The notes: generated by a model not told the origin, from the sequence alone. 64,000 bases of DNA from Candidatus Bathyarchaeia archaeon (GCA_049516875.1 JBEKSS010000008.1:34433-98432); one strand, 5' to 3'; shown: positions 28,209 through 38,416, numbered from the stretch's first letter. Numbers and translations: made by a program.

Positions 28209-28490
28209 ATGCCCATACTGCGAATCAAAGAGATACGTGACATGTCTTCTGAAAACAGAACAGACAAACTCGACGAATTCAGGACAGAGCTGCTCAGACT
28301 GAAGACCATGATCAGCGCAGGCGGAACCGTAGAGAATCCGGCAAGGATGAAGGCCCTGCGCAAAGCAATAGCAAAGATATTGACCATAGAGCATGAAGAG
28401 AAACACGGAATAAGAAAGGCAGAACCAAAGAAGGAGCCGAAGAAGACGGAACCCAAGAAGACGGAACCCAGAAAGAGGAAGAAGACATGA
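28209..28490 (+). CDS. rpl29: 50S ribosomal protein L29
   Basis: ENPARMKALRKAIAKILT, with EPKK repeat tail. Confidence 0.95.
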   Translation: MPILRIKEIRDMSSENRTDKLDEFRTELLRLKTMISAGGTVENPARMKALRKAIAKILTIEHEEKHGIRKAEPKKEPKKTEPKKTEPRKRKKT

Positions 28491-28768
28491 ACATAACGCC
28501 GGACATAATCCGCTGCGAATTCATAGGAACTGATGTCAGAGTTGCTCGGAGCAGTCATAACGGCAACGTTGGAATCTGTGGCAAAGTAATAGGCGAAACG
28601 CGAAATACCTTCGCAATTTTGCATGAAGGAAAAAAGAAAACCGTTGCAAAAGACTCATCTGTCTTCCATTTCAAGTTTCCAGATAGAACGATTGTCGAAG
28701 TCAACGGTAGGCTTCTTACCGGAAGACCTGAAGATCGACTCAAGAAGAATGTTAGGAGACTATGGTAA
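28487..28768 (+). CDS. rnp1: RNase P protein Rpp29
   Basis: EFIG...GKVIGETRNT...RPEDRLKK. Confidence 0.93.
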   Translation: MNITPDIIRCEFIGTDVRVARSSHNGNVGICGKVIGETRNTFAILHEGKKKTVAKDSSVFHFKFPDRTIVEVNGRLLTGRPEDRLKKNVRRLW

Positions 28769-29085
28769 TGTCGCTTACTTTTAAGAAGCCTAAGAAAACT
28801 TGTGAAGACACAAACTGTCCCTTTCACGGGGAACTTCCAATAAGGGGCCGAGTGCTGGAAGGAGTTGTTGTAAGCGCCAAAATGGACAAAACGGTTGTCG
28901 TAGAACGCGACTACCTTTCATACATTTCAAAGTTCATGAGATACGAAAGAAGGCACAGCCGCATACCTTCCCACAACCCATCCTGCATAGACGCAAGAGA
29001 AGGAGACCGTGTGATAATAGCTGAAACCCGTCCAATAAGCAAGACGGTGTCATTTGTCGTTGTTGAGAAGTTGGAGGGAAAGTAA
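28768..29085 (+). CDS. rps17: 30S ribosomal protein S17
   Basis: CPFHG...RPISKT. Confidence 0.96.
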   Translation: MSLTFKKPKKTCEDTNCPFHGELPIRGRVLEGVVVSAKMDKTVVVERDYLSYISKFMRYERRHSRIPSHNPSCIDAREGDRVIIAETRPISKTVSFVVVEKLEGK

Positions 29086-29086
29086 A

Positions 29087-29527
29087 ATGGCGGCTAAAGC
29101 AAAACAGCGAGCATTAGTGGCAAGGGGAATGCTTGGGCACGGACAGAAAATATCAAGGGGACTGCAGCCGCCCGCAATCTTGAAGTGCGCGGACAACACC
29201 GGCGCGAGAGACTTGCGCTTAATTCAGGTCATGGGTTACAAAGGAAGGCTGCGGAGATATCCACGTGCCTCAGTTGGAGACAAGATTACAGTTTCTGTCA
29301 GACATGGAACTCCCGACATGCGAAAGAAAATCTTCCAGGCAGTAATAGTCAGGCAGAGAAAGCCCTTCAGAAGGGTCGATGGCATCTGGGTTCAATTTCA
29401 GGACAACGCAGCAGTCGTGATAACTCCTGAAGGAGAAATGAAAGGCTCAGAAATCCGCGGACCGGTGGCAAAAGAGGCGGCGGAACGATGGCCGAGGATC
29501 GCGAGCGCCGCAAGTATAATCATATAG
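29087..29527 (+). CDS. rpl14: 50S ribosomal protein L14
   Basis: CADNTGA...FQDNAAV...GPVAKE. Confidence 0.96.
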   Translation: MAAKAKQRALVARGMLGHGQKISRGLQPPAILKCADNTGARDLRLIQVMGYKGRLRRYPRASVGDKITVSVRHGTPDMRKKIFQAVIVRQRKPFRRVDGIWVQFQDNAAVVITPEGEMKGSEIRGPVAKEAAERWPRIASAASIII

Positions 29528-29539
29528 GTTGAGGAAAGC

Positions 29540-30190
29540 ATGCAAGCCGCAAGACCAGTAACAAAACCATCCAAACAGAGAAAAATGCTTTACCAAGCAC
29601 CTGACCACATACGTCACAGGCTTGTTGCGGCACATCTCTCTCCAGAGCTCAGAGCCACACATATAGTGAAAAGCTTTCCAGTCAGAAGCGGAGATACAAT
29701 CCGAGTGATGAGAGGGGATCATAAGGGCTTTGAGGGGAAGATTACACGGATGGACCTGAAGAAATATAGAATTTACGTTGAAGGGTTAACGCGAGAGAAG
29801 GTTGACGGAACCACAGTATTTGTTCCAGTGCACCCATCCAAGGTAATGGTCACACGGTTGAACCTTGACGACAAATGGCGAAAGAAGATTTTGGAAAGAA
29901 GACAAAAGGCACAAAAGAAGCCGAAAGAACCCGCAAAGAAGCCGAAGTTAGAAACCATACAGAAGCTGCCTGAAACTGCCGAACTGAAAGAACCGTCGGA
30001 AGAGGAGGTGGCTGCGATCAAGAAACCACCTAAAAAGAAGGTCGCAAAGGGGAGAAAGAAAACAAAGGGGGCGGCCACAAGGAAGAAGGAGACTAAAGTT
30101 GAAGAGGCCCCGGGAGAAAAGAAACCTCAGGCGGAGAAAAAAAGAACCAAGCCTAAGGGAACAAAGAAAACTGAAGAAGGAGAAGGATAG
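29540..30190 (+). CDS. rpl24: 50S ribosomal protein L24 with long Lys/Glu-rich tail
   Basis: KOW motif GDTIRVMRG, HPSKV. Confidence 0.95.
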   Translation: MQAARPVTKPSKQRKMLYQAPDHIRHRLVAAHLSPELRATHIVKSFPVRSGDTIRVMRGDHKGFEGKITRMDLKKYRIYVEGLTREKVDGTTVFVPVHPSKVMVTRLNLDDKWRKKILERRQKAQKKPKEPAKKPKLETIQKLPETAELKEPSEEEVAAIKKPPKKKVAKGRKKTKGAATRKKETKVEEAPGEKKPQAEKKRTKPKGTKKTEEGEG

Positions 30191-30192
30191 AT

Positions 30193-30951
30193 TTGGGCAA
30201 GAAAGGACAATCTTCTGGGCTGAAGCGGAAACCAGCGCCAAGATTCTGGCCGATTCACAGGAAGGAATTTGCTTGGGTCGTGAAACCCACTTCTGGACCA
30301 CATTCGCTTGAGAAGTGCATGCCTTTATCCCTGGTTCTGCGCGACACTCTAGGGCTGGCTAAGACAAGGAAAGAAGCCAGGACGATAGTCTCACAGGGAA
30401 GAGTCTCCATAGATGGAAACATTAGAACGAAGGACGATTTCCCAATTGGCTTGATGGACATAATCTCGATACCGGACATTGGCAAGAGCTTTTCGGTGCT
30501 GCCTTCACACAAAGGCTTGATTCTTAGAGAGATAAGCAGTGAAGATGCGAAATTCAAGCTCTGCAGAATAGAAGACAAGACAGTTGTCAGCGACGGGCAA
30601 GTGCAGCTTCATCTTCACGATGGATCAAACATCCTCGTCAAAATTGCTGACCTTAAGAATCCACAGGAAGACGTTTATGACACGTTGGACACTGTGAAGA
30701 TAAGTCTTCCAGAAAAACAGATTCTCGAACACATCAAAATGAAAGAAAAAGACTTTGCAATAATAACGGGCGGGAAAAACGTCGGCAAAAATGGAAAGAC
30801 AGTTGAAATTGAGAAGGCAGAGGGAAAGAAACGCAGAAGCGCACTCGTGACAATTGAAGATAAAAAAGGAAACCGCTATCAAACAACTTTGAACTTTGTT
30901 TTTGCAGTAGGCGAAACGCATTCACTCATATCATTAGCGGAGGCAGTCTAG
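30193..30951 (+). CDS. rps4e: 30S ribosomal protein S4e
   Basis: LKRKPAPRFWPI...GPH...PIGLMD. Confidence 0.96.
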   Translation: MGKKGQSSGLKRKPAPRFWPIHRKEFAWVVKPTSGPHSLEKCMPLSLVLRDTLGLAKTRKEARTIVSQGRVSIDGNIRTKDDFPIGLMDIISIPDIGKSFSVLPSHKGLILREISSEDAKFKLCRIEDKTVVSDGQVQLHLHDGSNILVKIADLKNPQEDVYDTLDTVKISLPEKQILEHIKMKEKDFAIITGGKNVGKNGKTVEIEKAEGKKRRSALVTIEDKKGNRYQTTLNFVFAVGETHSLISLAEAV

Positions 30952-30952
30952 G

Positions 30953-31492
30953 TTGCCGGAGGAAGGAATCTCCAAGAGGTGGGAGCAGCAGCCTATGCTT
31001 AGGCCAAGAATTGAAAAAGTCGTTGTCAACATCAGTGTTGGAAAGTCTGGTGAACCGCTGGAAAAAGCCACGAAAGTCTTGAAAGAAATCACAGGCCAAA
31101 CTCCGTGCAAGAGGAAAGCCAAGAACAGCATAAGAGATTTCGGAATCAGAAAAGGCGAATCTATAGCTTGCATTGTCACACTTAGAGAGGAAAAAGCGAT
31201 TGAGTTTTTGAAAAAAGCTCTGCCAGTTATTGACAACAAGATTTCCGCCAGAAGCTTTGACGCTCAAGGCAACTTCTCGTTCGGCTTAAAAGAGCACATT
31301 GAACTGCCAGGTGTAAGATACGACCCTGAGGTAGGCATATTCGGAATGGATGTTTGTGTCTCTGTCACTCGTCCAGGTTACCGCGTTAAGAACCGAAGAT
31401 ATGGAAGGTCGAAGATTGGTTCAAACCACATTTTGACACCCGAGGAAGCCATAGTTTTTGTCAAAGCCACTCTGGGAGTAGAAGTCGTGTGA
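30953..31492 (+). CDS. rpl5: 50S ribosomal protein L5
   Basis: KVVVNISVG...FGIRKGE...GIFGMD. Confidence 0.96.
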   Translation: MPEEGISKRWEQQPMLRPRIEKVVVNISVGKSGEPLEKATKVLKEITGQTPCKRKAKNSIRDFGIRKGESIACIVTLREEKAIEFLKKALPVIDNKISARSFDAQGNFSFGLKEHIELPGVRYDPEVGIFGMDVCVSVTRPGYRVKNRRYGRSKIGSNHILTPEEAIVFVKATLGVEVV

Positions 31493-31506
31493 GATAGGTG
31501 GAATGA

Positions 31507-31671
31507 ATGGGAACGCAGAAATCAAAAAAGGATAGAAAATACGGGAAAGGTGCAAGGCCTTGCAGTAGGTGCGGGTCCTACGGACCAGTTATCCGACGTT
31601 ACAATTTATATCTCTGTCGGCATTGTTTTAGGGAGGTAGCGAAAAAACTCGGATTCAAGAAATACGAGTGA
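31507..31671 (+). CDS. rps14: 30S ribosomal protein S14 (Zn-binding; not in ORF track)
   Basis: [23 protein letters not shown]...[19 protein letters not shown]. Confidence 0.96.
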   Translation: MGTQKSKKDRKYGKGARPCSRCGSYGPVIRRYNLYLCRHCFREVAKKLGFKKYE

Positions 31672-31688
31672 AAAAGGGGAAAAAGACG

Positions 31689-32072
31689 ATGGACACCTTG
31701 GCGAACGGTTTAACCACCATAGTAAACAACGAAATGCGAAACAAGCACGAATGCATAATCAGTCCAGCCTCTAGACTTCTGGGCAGGGTTTTGAGAATTA
31801 TGCAACTGAATGGTTACCTCGGTGAGTTCGAGTTTATAGATGATGGTCGTTCTGGCAAGTTCAAGATCCAACTCATGGGAAGAATCAACAAGTGTGGTGC
31901 CATCAGGCCACGCTTCTCAGTTAAGATGGATAGGTTTGAAGAATGGGAGACGAAGTATCTTCCATCGAGAGAAGTAGGATTGCTGGTCATTTCAACTCCA
32001 AACGGCGTACTATCCCATAGAGAGGCAAGAGAAAGACGCATCGGAGGCAGACTGTTAGCATTCATTTATTGA
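31689..32072 (+). CDS. rps8: 30S ribosomal protein S8
   Basis: DTLANGL...STPNGV...GGRLL. Confidence 0.96.
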   Translation: MDTLANGLTTIVNNEMRNKHECIISPASRLLGRVLRIMQLNGYLGEFEFIDDGRSGKFKIQLMGRINKCGAIRPRFSVKMDRFEEWETKYLPSREVGLLVISTPNGVLSHREARERRIGGRLLAFIY

Positions 32073-32085
32073 AGGTGCCCCTCAA

Positions 32086-32631
32086 GTGCGAGCTATAGAG
32101 ATCTCTGAGAGCATTCAAGTCCCAGACGACGTAGAGGTAAGTCTGGAAGGCAAAAGATTTACAGTGAAAGGGCCTAAGGGAACATTAGTTCGTGACTTTT
32201 CTTTTGCTCCCATTTCAATTGAACTCAATGGCAAGAACATTTGCATCCGGGCTGAATGGCCGCGCAAGAGAGAGGCTTCTCTCGTAGGCACGCTTCGTTC
32301 TCATGTTCAAAACATGATTACAGGCGTAAGAAAAGGTTTTACGTACAAAGTCAAGATAGTTTTCTCGCATTTCCCAATTTCAGTCAAACTTAAGGGCAAT
32401 ACCGTTCTCATCGAAAACTTTACCGGTGAGAGAAACCCGAGAAAGGCGAAGATAATAGGCGACGTTCAAGTTAAGATTCAAAGCGAAGACATTTTCGTTC
32501 AAGGTATGGATTTGGAAGAAGTCAGTCAGACAGCAGCGAACATTGAACAAGCAACCAAGGTGAAAAGGAAGGACCCGCGCATTTTCCTAGACGGCTTGTA
32601 CGTCTATGAGCGAAGTGAGGGGGTAGAATGA
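32086..32631 (+). CDS. rpl6: 50S ribosomal protein L6
   Basis: KGPKG...SHFPI...DPRIFLDG. Confidence 0.96.
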   Translation: MRAIEISESIQVPDDVEVSLEGKRFTVKGPKGTLVRDFSFAPISIELNGKNICIRAEWPRKREASLVGTLRSHVQNMITGVRKGFTYKVKIVFSHFPISVKLKGNTVLIENFTGERNPRKAKIIGDVQVKIQSEDIFVQGMDLEEVSQTAANIEQATKVKRKDPRIFLDGLYVYERSEGVE

Positions 32632-33149
32632 TGACCGTGCCAAGAACAGCTGTCTCTGAAAAGATGTTGAAGCTAAGAAAGCGTGTTAAAGAGAAGAAGC
32701 CCAAGTTCGTCAGGCCAGAAAGTTGGAAGTACATACGCTTGAAAGAGAATTGGCGCAGACCCCGAGGTCTGGACAACAAAGTGAGAAAAAGGTTCAAGGG
32801 GTGGCCACCACGTGTAAGTGCGGGGTACAGAGGACCGAAAGCTGCTAGGGCACTTCACCCATCGGGTTTTGAAGATATCTTGGTGTACAACGTGGATGGT
32901 CTCAAGGAAATTGATCCGAAGATTCAAGCAGCACGAATTGCCCATACAGTGGGCAAGAAGAAGAGAGCCAAAATCCTGACTGAAGCGAGGAAGAAAAAAA
33001 TAGTGGTTCTGAATCTGAGACAAGCAAAAGAGGCTACAAAGAAAGAGGAAGAACCGACTGAAGAGGCAGAGACAGAAGAAGTTGAGACAGAAGAGCCAAA
33101 GAAGACAGAGAAAGCCAACAAAGTTAAGAAAAGGACCGAGAAGAAATGA
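32628..33149 (+). CDS. rpl32e: 50S ribosomal protein L32e
   Basis: WRRPRGLDNK...HPSG, with charged tail. Confidence 0.95.
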   Translation: MMTVPRTAVSEKMLKLRKRVKEKKPKFVRPESWKYIRLKENWRRPRGLDNKVRKRFKGWPPRVSAGYRGPKAARALHPSGFEDILVYNVDGLKEIDPKIQAARIAHTVGKKKRAKILTEARKKKIVVLNLRQAKEATKKEEEPTEEAETEEVETEEPKKTEKANKVKKRTEKK

Positions 33150-33601
33150 CAGATCTCAAGAGTCAACGACGTCTTGCTGCACAAGTACTTAAGATTGGAC
33201 AGAACCGTGTTTGGATAAATCCTGAGAAGGCAGATGACGTTGAGACCGCAATGACTCGGGACGAGGTTAGAAGGCTGATACACGAAGGCACTATCAAAGC
33301 GTCGCCCGAAAAGGGAATAAGCCGCGGAAGGGCACGAATTCTGCACGAAAAGAAAAAGAAGGGGCGACGAAGCGGACCTGGCAGCAGAACGGGGTCAACT
33401 CATGCAAGAGTCTCAAAGAAACAGGCTTGGATGAGTAAAATTCGACCTTTAAGGAGAAAACTTCGCACGTTGAAAACAAAGAAGATAATTGCCGAAAACG
33501 CGTACCAGAAGCTCTACAGAATGGCAGGCAGCGGCAAATTTGAATCAGTCGCTGACCTGGAACGATACTTGAAGGCGCATGAACTCTGGAGGAAACGCTA
33601 A
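33146..33601 (+). CDS. rpl19e: 50S ribosomal protein L19e
   Basis: QRRLAA...RVWI...GPGSR. Confidence 0.96.
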   Translation: MTDLKSQRRLAAQVLKIGQNRVWINPEKADDVETAMTRDEVRRLIHEGTIKASPEKGISRGRARILHEKKKKGRRSGPGSRTGSTHARVSKKQAWMSKIRPLRRKLRTLKTKKIIAENAYQKLYRMAGSGKFESVADLERYLKAHELWRKR

Positions 33602-34248
33602 TGGCGAAGAATGCACGTTATTGCATGCCATTCCGTCGAAGAAGAGAAGGAAAAACAGATTACAAGGCTAGGAAAGCATTCTTGCTTTCTGGAAAGCCTC
33701 GACTGGTAGCACGTTGCAGCAATAACAATGTTAGTGCTCAAATAATCGTGGCTAAACCAAACGGGGACGAAGTTGCAGCTTCAGCTCAAAGCAAAGAGGT
33801 GGCCAGAAAGTACGATTGGAAAGCTCCGAGAGGAAATGTTCCAGCAGCCTATCTGACAGGTTTCCTATGCGGGCTAAAGGCTAAGGCTCATGGAATAGAG
33901 GAAGCAATTCTCGACATAGGATTGTATCCACCTTCGAAGGGAGCAAGGATTTTCGCTGTGTTGAAGGGAGTCTTGGACGCTGAAGTGAATGTGCCGCACA
34001 GCGAGGAAAAACTGCCTGATGAAAAAAGAATAGAAGGCGAACATATTGCAAAATATGCACGGGGTTTAGCATCTAACGCTGAAGAATATCAATCAAGATT
34101 CTCAAACTATTTGAAGGAAAAAATTCCCCCAGAAACCCTTCCCAAACATGTTGCACAAGTCAAAACCGATATGATGAAAGCATTTAAGAGCGGAGGTAGC
34201 AAGATTGGCGCGCAGAAGCCAAAGAAGAGACAACCGAAGAAGAAGTGA
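33601..34248 (+). CDS. rpl18: 50S ribosomal protein L18
   Basis: RRRREGKTDY...AAYLTG. Confidence 0.96.
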   Translation: MAKNARYCMPFRRRREGKTDYKARKAFLLSGKPRLVARCSNNNVSAQIIVAKPNGDEVAASAQSKEVARKYDWKAPRGNVPAAYLTGFLCGLKAKAHGIEEAILDIGLYPPSKGARIFAVLKGVLDAEVNVPHSEEKLPDEKRIEGEHIAKYARGLASNAEEYQSRFSNYLKEKIPPETLPKHVAQVKTDMMKAFKSGGSKIGAQKPKKRQPKKK

Positions 34249-34873
34249 GTCGTCAGAAAACTTGGAGCAGTGGGTTCCAAGAACGCGTCTTGGAAAGATG
34301 ATTCAGGAAGGGAGAATTGCCTCTATCGAAGAAGTTTTCGTGGCAGGCTTGAAGATTCGGGAACCCCAAATCGTTAACACGTTGATTCCTGATCTTCAGG
34401 AAGAAGTCATAAACATAAACTTGGTTCAAAAGCAAACAGACGCCGGCGAGAAGTCTAGGTTTAAAGCAATAGTCGCCGTTGGAAACAAAGATGGTTATAT
34501 AGGTTTGGGGTCTGGAAAGGCAAGCCAAGTGCGGAATGCCATAGAAAAAGCTGCTGCAGATGCTCGCCTCAAGATAATTCCAGTGAGACGAGGGTGCGGA
34601 AGCTGGGAATGCGATTGCGGAAAACTTCACTCAATACCTTTCCAAGTGGAAGGCAAGACTGGTGGTGTTCGAGTGGTCTTCGTTCCTGGCCCCCGAGGTT
34701 TAGGTTTGGTAGCAAGCGAAGTGTCAAAGGTGATTCTCGGTCTTGCTGGCATAAAAGACTGCTGGACCAGAAGCTACGGTTCAACAAGAACGATTCCATC
34801 CTTCGCGTACGCGGTTTTCGAAGCGTTAAAAGAGACTTACAGCCTCATAATTCCAACAGACTGGGTGAGATAA
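34205..34873 (+). CDS. rps5: 30S ribosomal protein S5
   Basis: WVPRTRLG...RRGCGSWE. Confidence 0.96.
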   Translation: MARRSQRRDNRRRSESSENLEQWVPRTRLGKMIQEGRIASIEEVFVAGLKIREPQIVNTLIPDLQEEVININLVQKQTDAGEKSRFKAIVAVGNKDGYIGLGSGKASQVRNAIEKAAADARLKIIPVRRGCGSWECDCGKLHSIPFQVEGKTGGVRVVFVPGPRGLGLVASEVSKVILGLAGIKDCWTRSYGSTRTIPSFAYAVFEALKETYSLIIPTDWVR

Positions 34874-35362
34874 TTGGCTGAACAGATGAACGAACGCAAA
34901 TGCATACTGGCCATAAGGATTCGAGGAACAATCAGTGCTTCGAGGGAAGCTCGGGAAACTCTCCGAATGCTTCATCTGACGAGGAACAATCAGGCGGTGC
35001 TGATTGATGATCGTCCATCATTCCTTGGAATGATAAGAACAGTGCGAGATTACATCACGTACGGAGAAATTTCAGAAGAAAGTGTTGCTTCCTTGATAAA
35101 GGAGAAAGGAAGACTTGCAGGAAACAAGAAATTGACCGATGAGTATGCTCAAAAAGTTGGGCACAAGTCACTGGAAGAGCTTGCAGCCGCAGTCTCTGGC
35201 TGTAGAGTTGAGTATTGGAAACTACGTGACATACAACCGGTTTTCAGACTGCACCCGCCGACCAAGGGTTTCAAGGGAAAAATCAAAAAAGGTTATGGTT
35301 CGGGCGGGGAATTGGGATACCGCGGGGAGAGCATAAATCAGCTTCTGAATCGGATGCTCTAG
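34874..35362 (+). CDS. rpl30: 50S ribosomal protein L30
   Basis: IRIRG...FRLHPP...GELGYRG. Confidence 0.95.
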   Translation: MAEQMNERKCILAIRIRGTISASREARETLRMLHLTRNNQAVLIDDRPSFLGMIRTVRDYITYGEISEESVASLIKEKGRLAGNKKLTDEYAQKVGHKSLEELAAAVSGCRVEYWKLRDIQPVFRLHPPTKGFKGKIKKGYGSGGELGYRGESINQLLNRML

Positions 35363-35459
35363 ATTTTCTCTTGGTGTCCTTCTTCGATTTCCACATTTTT
35401 GTTTGCGATACGTTTTATAGTCACTTATTAAATGCCATGTATCCTGAGGGGAAGCAATA

Positions 35460-35915
35460 TTGAGCGCGAAGTGGCGGAGAAACAGGGCGAACTCCAAGAA
35501 GTTTGACATTCTTAAGGTTTTCAACAGGGTTAAGAACAAGAATGTCGGTCAAAGGTTTCGAATGACAAATTCAAGTGCCACGCAACAGGCGAATTCATAC
35601 AGGTATAGAGTTCGAAGCATTTCTCCAGAAAGAAAGTTGCGGGGACCGAAGCATTTGGTCGATGTTCTTGAAGGAACTGATGAAATAATAGTTGTTGCAG
35701 AGTTTGCAGGGTTCAACAGAGAAGACTTAAGAGTGCACGTGAAAGGTGACAAGTTGACCCTTTCAGCTGACGCGTTGGATCATAAATACCGCAAAAGCTT
35801 AAATCTCCCAAAAAGAGTGATTCCCAGAACCATACGCACAACATATAAGAATGGCGTGCTTGAAATAAGGTTGAAAAAAGCTGAAGAAAAGTCAATAGAT
35901 AGGGTAGCAGGTTAG
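35460..35915 (+). CDS. Hsp20/alpha-crystallin small heat-shock protein
   Basis: LVDV...VVAEFAG...YKNGVLEIRLKK. Confidence 0.88.
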   Translation: MSAKWRRNRANSKKFDILKVFNRVKNKNVGQRFRMTNSSATQQANSYRYRVRSISPERKLRGPKHLVDVLEGTDEIIVVAEFAGFNREDLRVHVKGDKLTLSADALDHKYRKSLNLPKRVIPRTIRTTYKNGVLEIRLKKAEEKSIDRVAG

Positions 35916-35919
35916 GAAG

Positions 35920-36360
35920 ATGCCGCATAGACTCAGAAAGATTAGAAAGAAACGTGGTACAAGAACTCAAGGCTGGGGCAGAGTGGGTCAGCACAGGAGG
36001 ACGGGATCAAAAGGCAGGCGGAACCCTGGACGGCACAAAGCATTATGGTCGTACGTCATAAAATATGAACCGGACTATTTTAGCAAAGTCGGATTCACCT
36101 CTCCTAAGAGCCTCAGGTACGAAGCAAAGACAATAAACGTGGGAACGTTGGATGGCATAGCCGTCAAACTATCGACAGAAAAGCAAGAAGATAAACCCGT
36201 CGTGGATCTAAAAGCGTTAGGTTACACAAAGCTTCTTGGTACTGGAAAAATCACAAAGCCGTTAATCATAAAAGTTGCATCTTGCTCGAAGTCTGCAACT
36301 GAAAAGGTAAAGAATGCTGGCGGGCAGGTCTTAATGGAAATCCGGGAAACTGGAGAGTAG
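35920..36360 (+). CDS. rpl15: 50S ribosomal protein L15
   Basis: RGTRTQGWG...KLLGTG...AGG. Confidence 0.95.
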   Translation: MPHRLRKIRKKRGTRTQGWGRVGQHRRTGSKGRRNPGRHKALWSYVIKYEPDYFSKVGFTSPKSLRYEAKTINVGTLDGIAVKLSTEKQEDKPVVDLKALGYTKLLGTGKITKPLIIKVASCSKSATEKVKNAGGQVLMEIRETGE

Positions 36361-36370
36361 CGGTTGACTC

Positions 36371-37807
36371 ATGGCAGGAAGATTCCTAAGCCTATTTAAG
36401 CCCGTTGCTAGGGCTGTTCCGGAGATAAAGGCACCGGAACGTAGGGTTCGATTCAACGAGAAAATCTTTTGGACGGCGCTGGTCTTAGTAATCTTCTTGG
36501 TGATGTCTGAAGTTCCGCTGTACGGTATCGGAAGCAGTCCGTTGGGACAGCTTGCGGCTCTTAGAATAATTTTTGCTTCAAGCCGCGGCACCCTCATGGA
36601 ACTTGGAATCGGTCCAATAGTCACGGGTGGATTGATACTTCAGCTTCTGATAGGATCCAACATGATAGAAGCCGACATGAACAATCCTGAGGATAGAGGC
36701 TTGTTCACAACAGCGAACAAAGTGTTCTCCATAATCCTCACTGGTGTTCAGGCATCAGCTTACATAATTGGTGGAATGTATGGGACACTAGCTGGCACTG
36801 CGGCTATACTCATCTTCCTGCAACTAATCGCTGCCGGAATCATCGTGTTACTTATGGATGAACTTGTTCAGAAGGGATGGGGATTCGGTAGTGGAGTAAG
36901 CCTGTTCATAATGGCCGGTGTTGCCCAAAGGATTTTCCTAAACTGTTTCTACGCCAGCCCGTCAGTAGACAGTTTTGGGAGTTCCGGAATTTTCGTTGCA
37001 CTTACTCAAACATTACTGAGTGGCAAGCAGGTGATAGGACTTTTGGTTAGGGGGCAGTATCCTTCGATAGTTGGATTCTTTGCTACCGTTGCAGCTTTTC
37101 TCATCGTAATCTACCTGGAAGGAGTAAGAGTGGAATTGCCGTTATCTTATGCTGGTTACAAGGGATATAGGAGCAGGTATCCAATAAAACTGCTTTACGT
37201 GTCAAACCTTCCAGTGATTTTTGCATCAGCTCTCTTTGCTAACGTGTATTTCTTTTCACAGCTTATTTGGAGTACAAATGGCCAGAACGCGCCTGGCATA
37301 AACCCATGGATTGACCTCTTGGGACAATTCAAAGTCATCAACCCAGGCACAGCGAACGCACAGGTTCAGCCTATAGGAGGCCTAGTGTATTTTGTTACCG
37401 CACCTACTAATCTTGTATCAGCTGCTAGCGCTCCTCTTAAGTCCCTGGTTTATCTTGGAATTCTTGTCGCTTTCTGTGTTGTATTCTCACTCACATGGCT
37501 TGAGGTCGGAGGCTTAGGGCCTTCAACAGTTGCCCAGCAGCTTGTAGATGCAGGCATGGAGATTCCAGGATACAGAAGGTCTGGAAAAGCGATCGAATCA
37601 ATTCTTAAACGTTATATTCCAGCGGTTACTGTCATCGGCGGAATAATCGTGGGCCTTGTTGCAGGTGTTACAGACTTTTTCGGTGTTTTCGGTTCAGGGA
37701 TGGGTATTCTGCTCTCCGTAGGCATAGTCTATCAGTATTATGAGACGCTGATGCAGGAAAGAGCGGCTGAAATGTATCCAGCGTTTAGGCGGATATTTGG
37801 AGAATAA
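36371..37807 (+). CDS. secY: Preprotein translocase SecY
   Basis: GTLMELGIGPIVT, YPIKLLYVSNLP. Confidence 0.97.
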   Translation: MAGRFLSLFKPVARAVPEIKAPERRVRFNEKIFWTALVLVIFLVMSEVPLYGIGSSPLGQLAALRIIFASSRGTLMELGIGPIVTGGLILQLLIGSNMIEADMNNPEDRGLFTTANKVFSIILTGVQASAYIIGGMYGTLAGTAAILIFLQLIAAGIIVLLMDELVQKGWGFGSGVSLFIMAGVAQRIFLNCFYASPSVDSFGSSGIFVALTQTLLSGKQVIGLLVRGQYPSIVGFFATVAAFLIVIYLEGVRVELPLSYAGYKGYRSRYPIKLLYVSNLPVIFASALFANVYFFSQLIWSTNGQNAPGINPWIDLLGQFKVINPGTANAQVQPIGGLVYFVTAPTNLVSAASAPLKSLVYLGILVAFCVVFSLTWLEVGGLGPSTVAQQLVDAGMEIPGYRRSGKAIESILKRYIPAVTVIGGIIVGLVAGVTDFFGVFGSGMGILLSVGIVYQYYETLMQERAAEMYPAFRRIFGE

Positions 37808-37810
37808 TCC

Positions 37811-37906
37811 ATGAATAGAATGGTGATAGTGACAGGAATTCTAGGAAGTGGAAATACCAGAGTGCGCGCCGCAAAAGAGATCTTAAAGGCTTTGGAGGTT
37901 GTCTAG
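37811..37906 (+). pseudogene. adkA: Adenylate kinase remnant (internal deletion)
   Basis: MNRMVIVTGILGSGNT (decayed P-loop) joined to AAKEILKALEVV*, in the conserved secY-adk-DUF106 position. Confidence 0.8.
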
Positions 37907-37908
37907 GT

Positions 37909-38415
37909 ATGTTTCAAATAATGCTTGATATTCTATCAGTTCTGAAGAGCATTCCCTATTCGACGTTTTTCATAGTCGGTCTCGCTGTATTAATTTCCTT
38001 GCTTACCACATTGGTTAACAGGCGTTTTACAGATCCTGAGAAGTCAAGAGCTTGGAGAAAGGAGATTTCGGATTGGAACAGAGATCTTCGAGGTGCACAG
38101 AAGAGCAAAGACAAGAAAACCTTAGACAAAGTCATGAAGAAACAACAGTACATCATGCGGCTTCAGTCCAAGATGATGTGGCAGTCGATGAAAGTGTCAC
38201 TTTTGTTTCTGGTACCACTTCTTCTGATGTGGCAGATTTTGGGCGGTTTCTACGGGCCAATGGCAATAGCGTATTTCCCAGGAATAGGACCTAAGCTGGT
38301 GTTGCCAATACTCAACATCACTTTTACTTCCCTCTTTTGGTGGTATTTGTTGTGCAGCCTTCTTTTCGGAACGGTTTTTCAGCATGTCTTCAGACTGATA
38401 GAGGTAAGTGAATAA
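37909..38415 (+). CDS. DUF106 / EMC3-TMCO1 family membrane protein
   Basis: TM, coiled coil, TM, WWYLLCS. Syntenic position. Confidence 0.9.
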   Translation: MFQIMLDILSVLKSIPYSTFFIVGLAVLISLLTTLVNRRFTDPEKSRAWRKEISDWNRDLRGAQKSKDKKTLDKVMKKQQYIMRLQSKMMWQSMKVSLLFLVPLLLMWQILGGFYGPMAIAYFPGIGPKLVLPILNITFTSLFWWYLLCSLLFGTVFQHVFRLIEVSE

Positions 38416-38416
38416 A

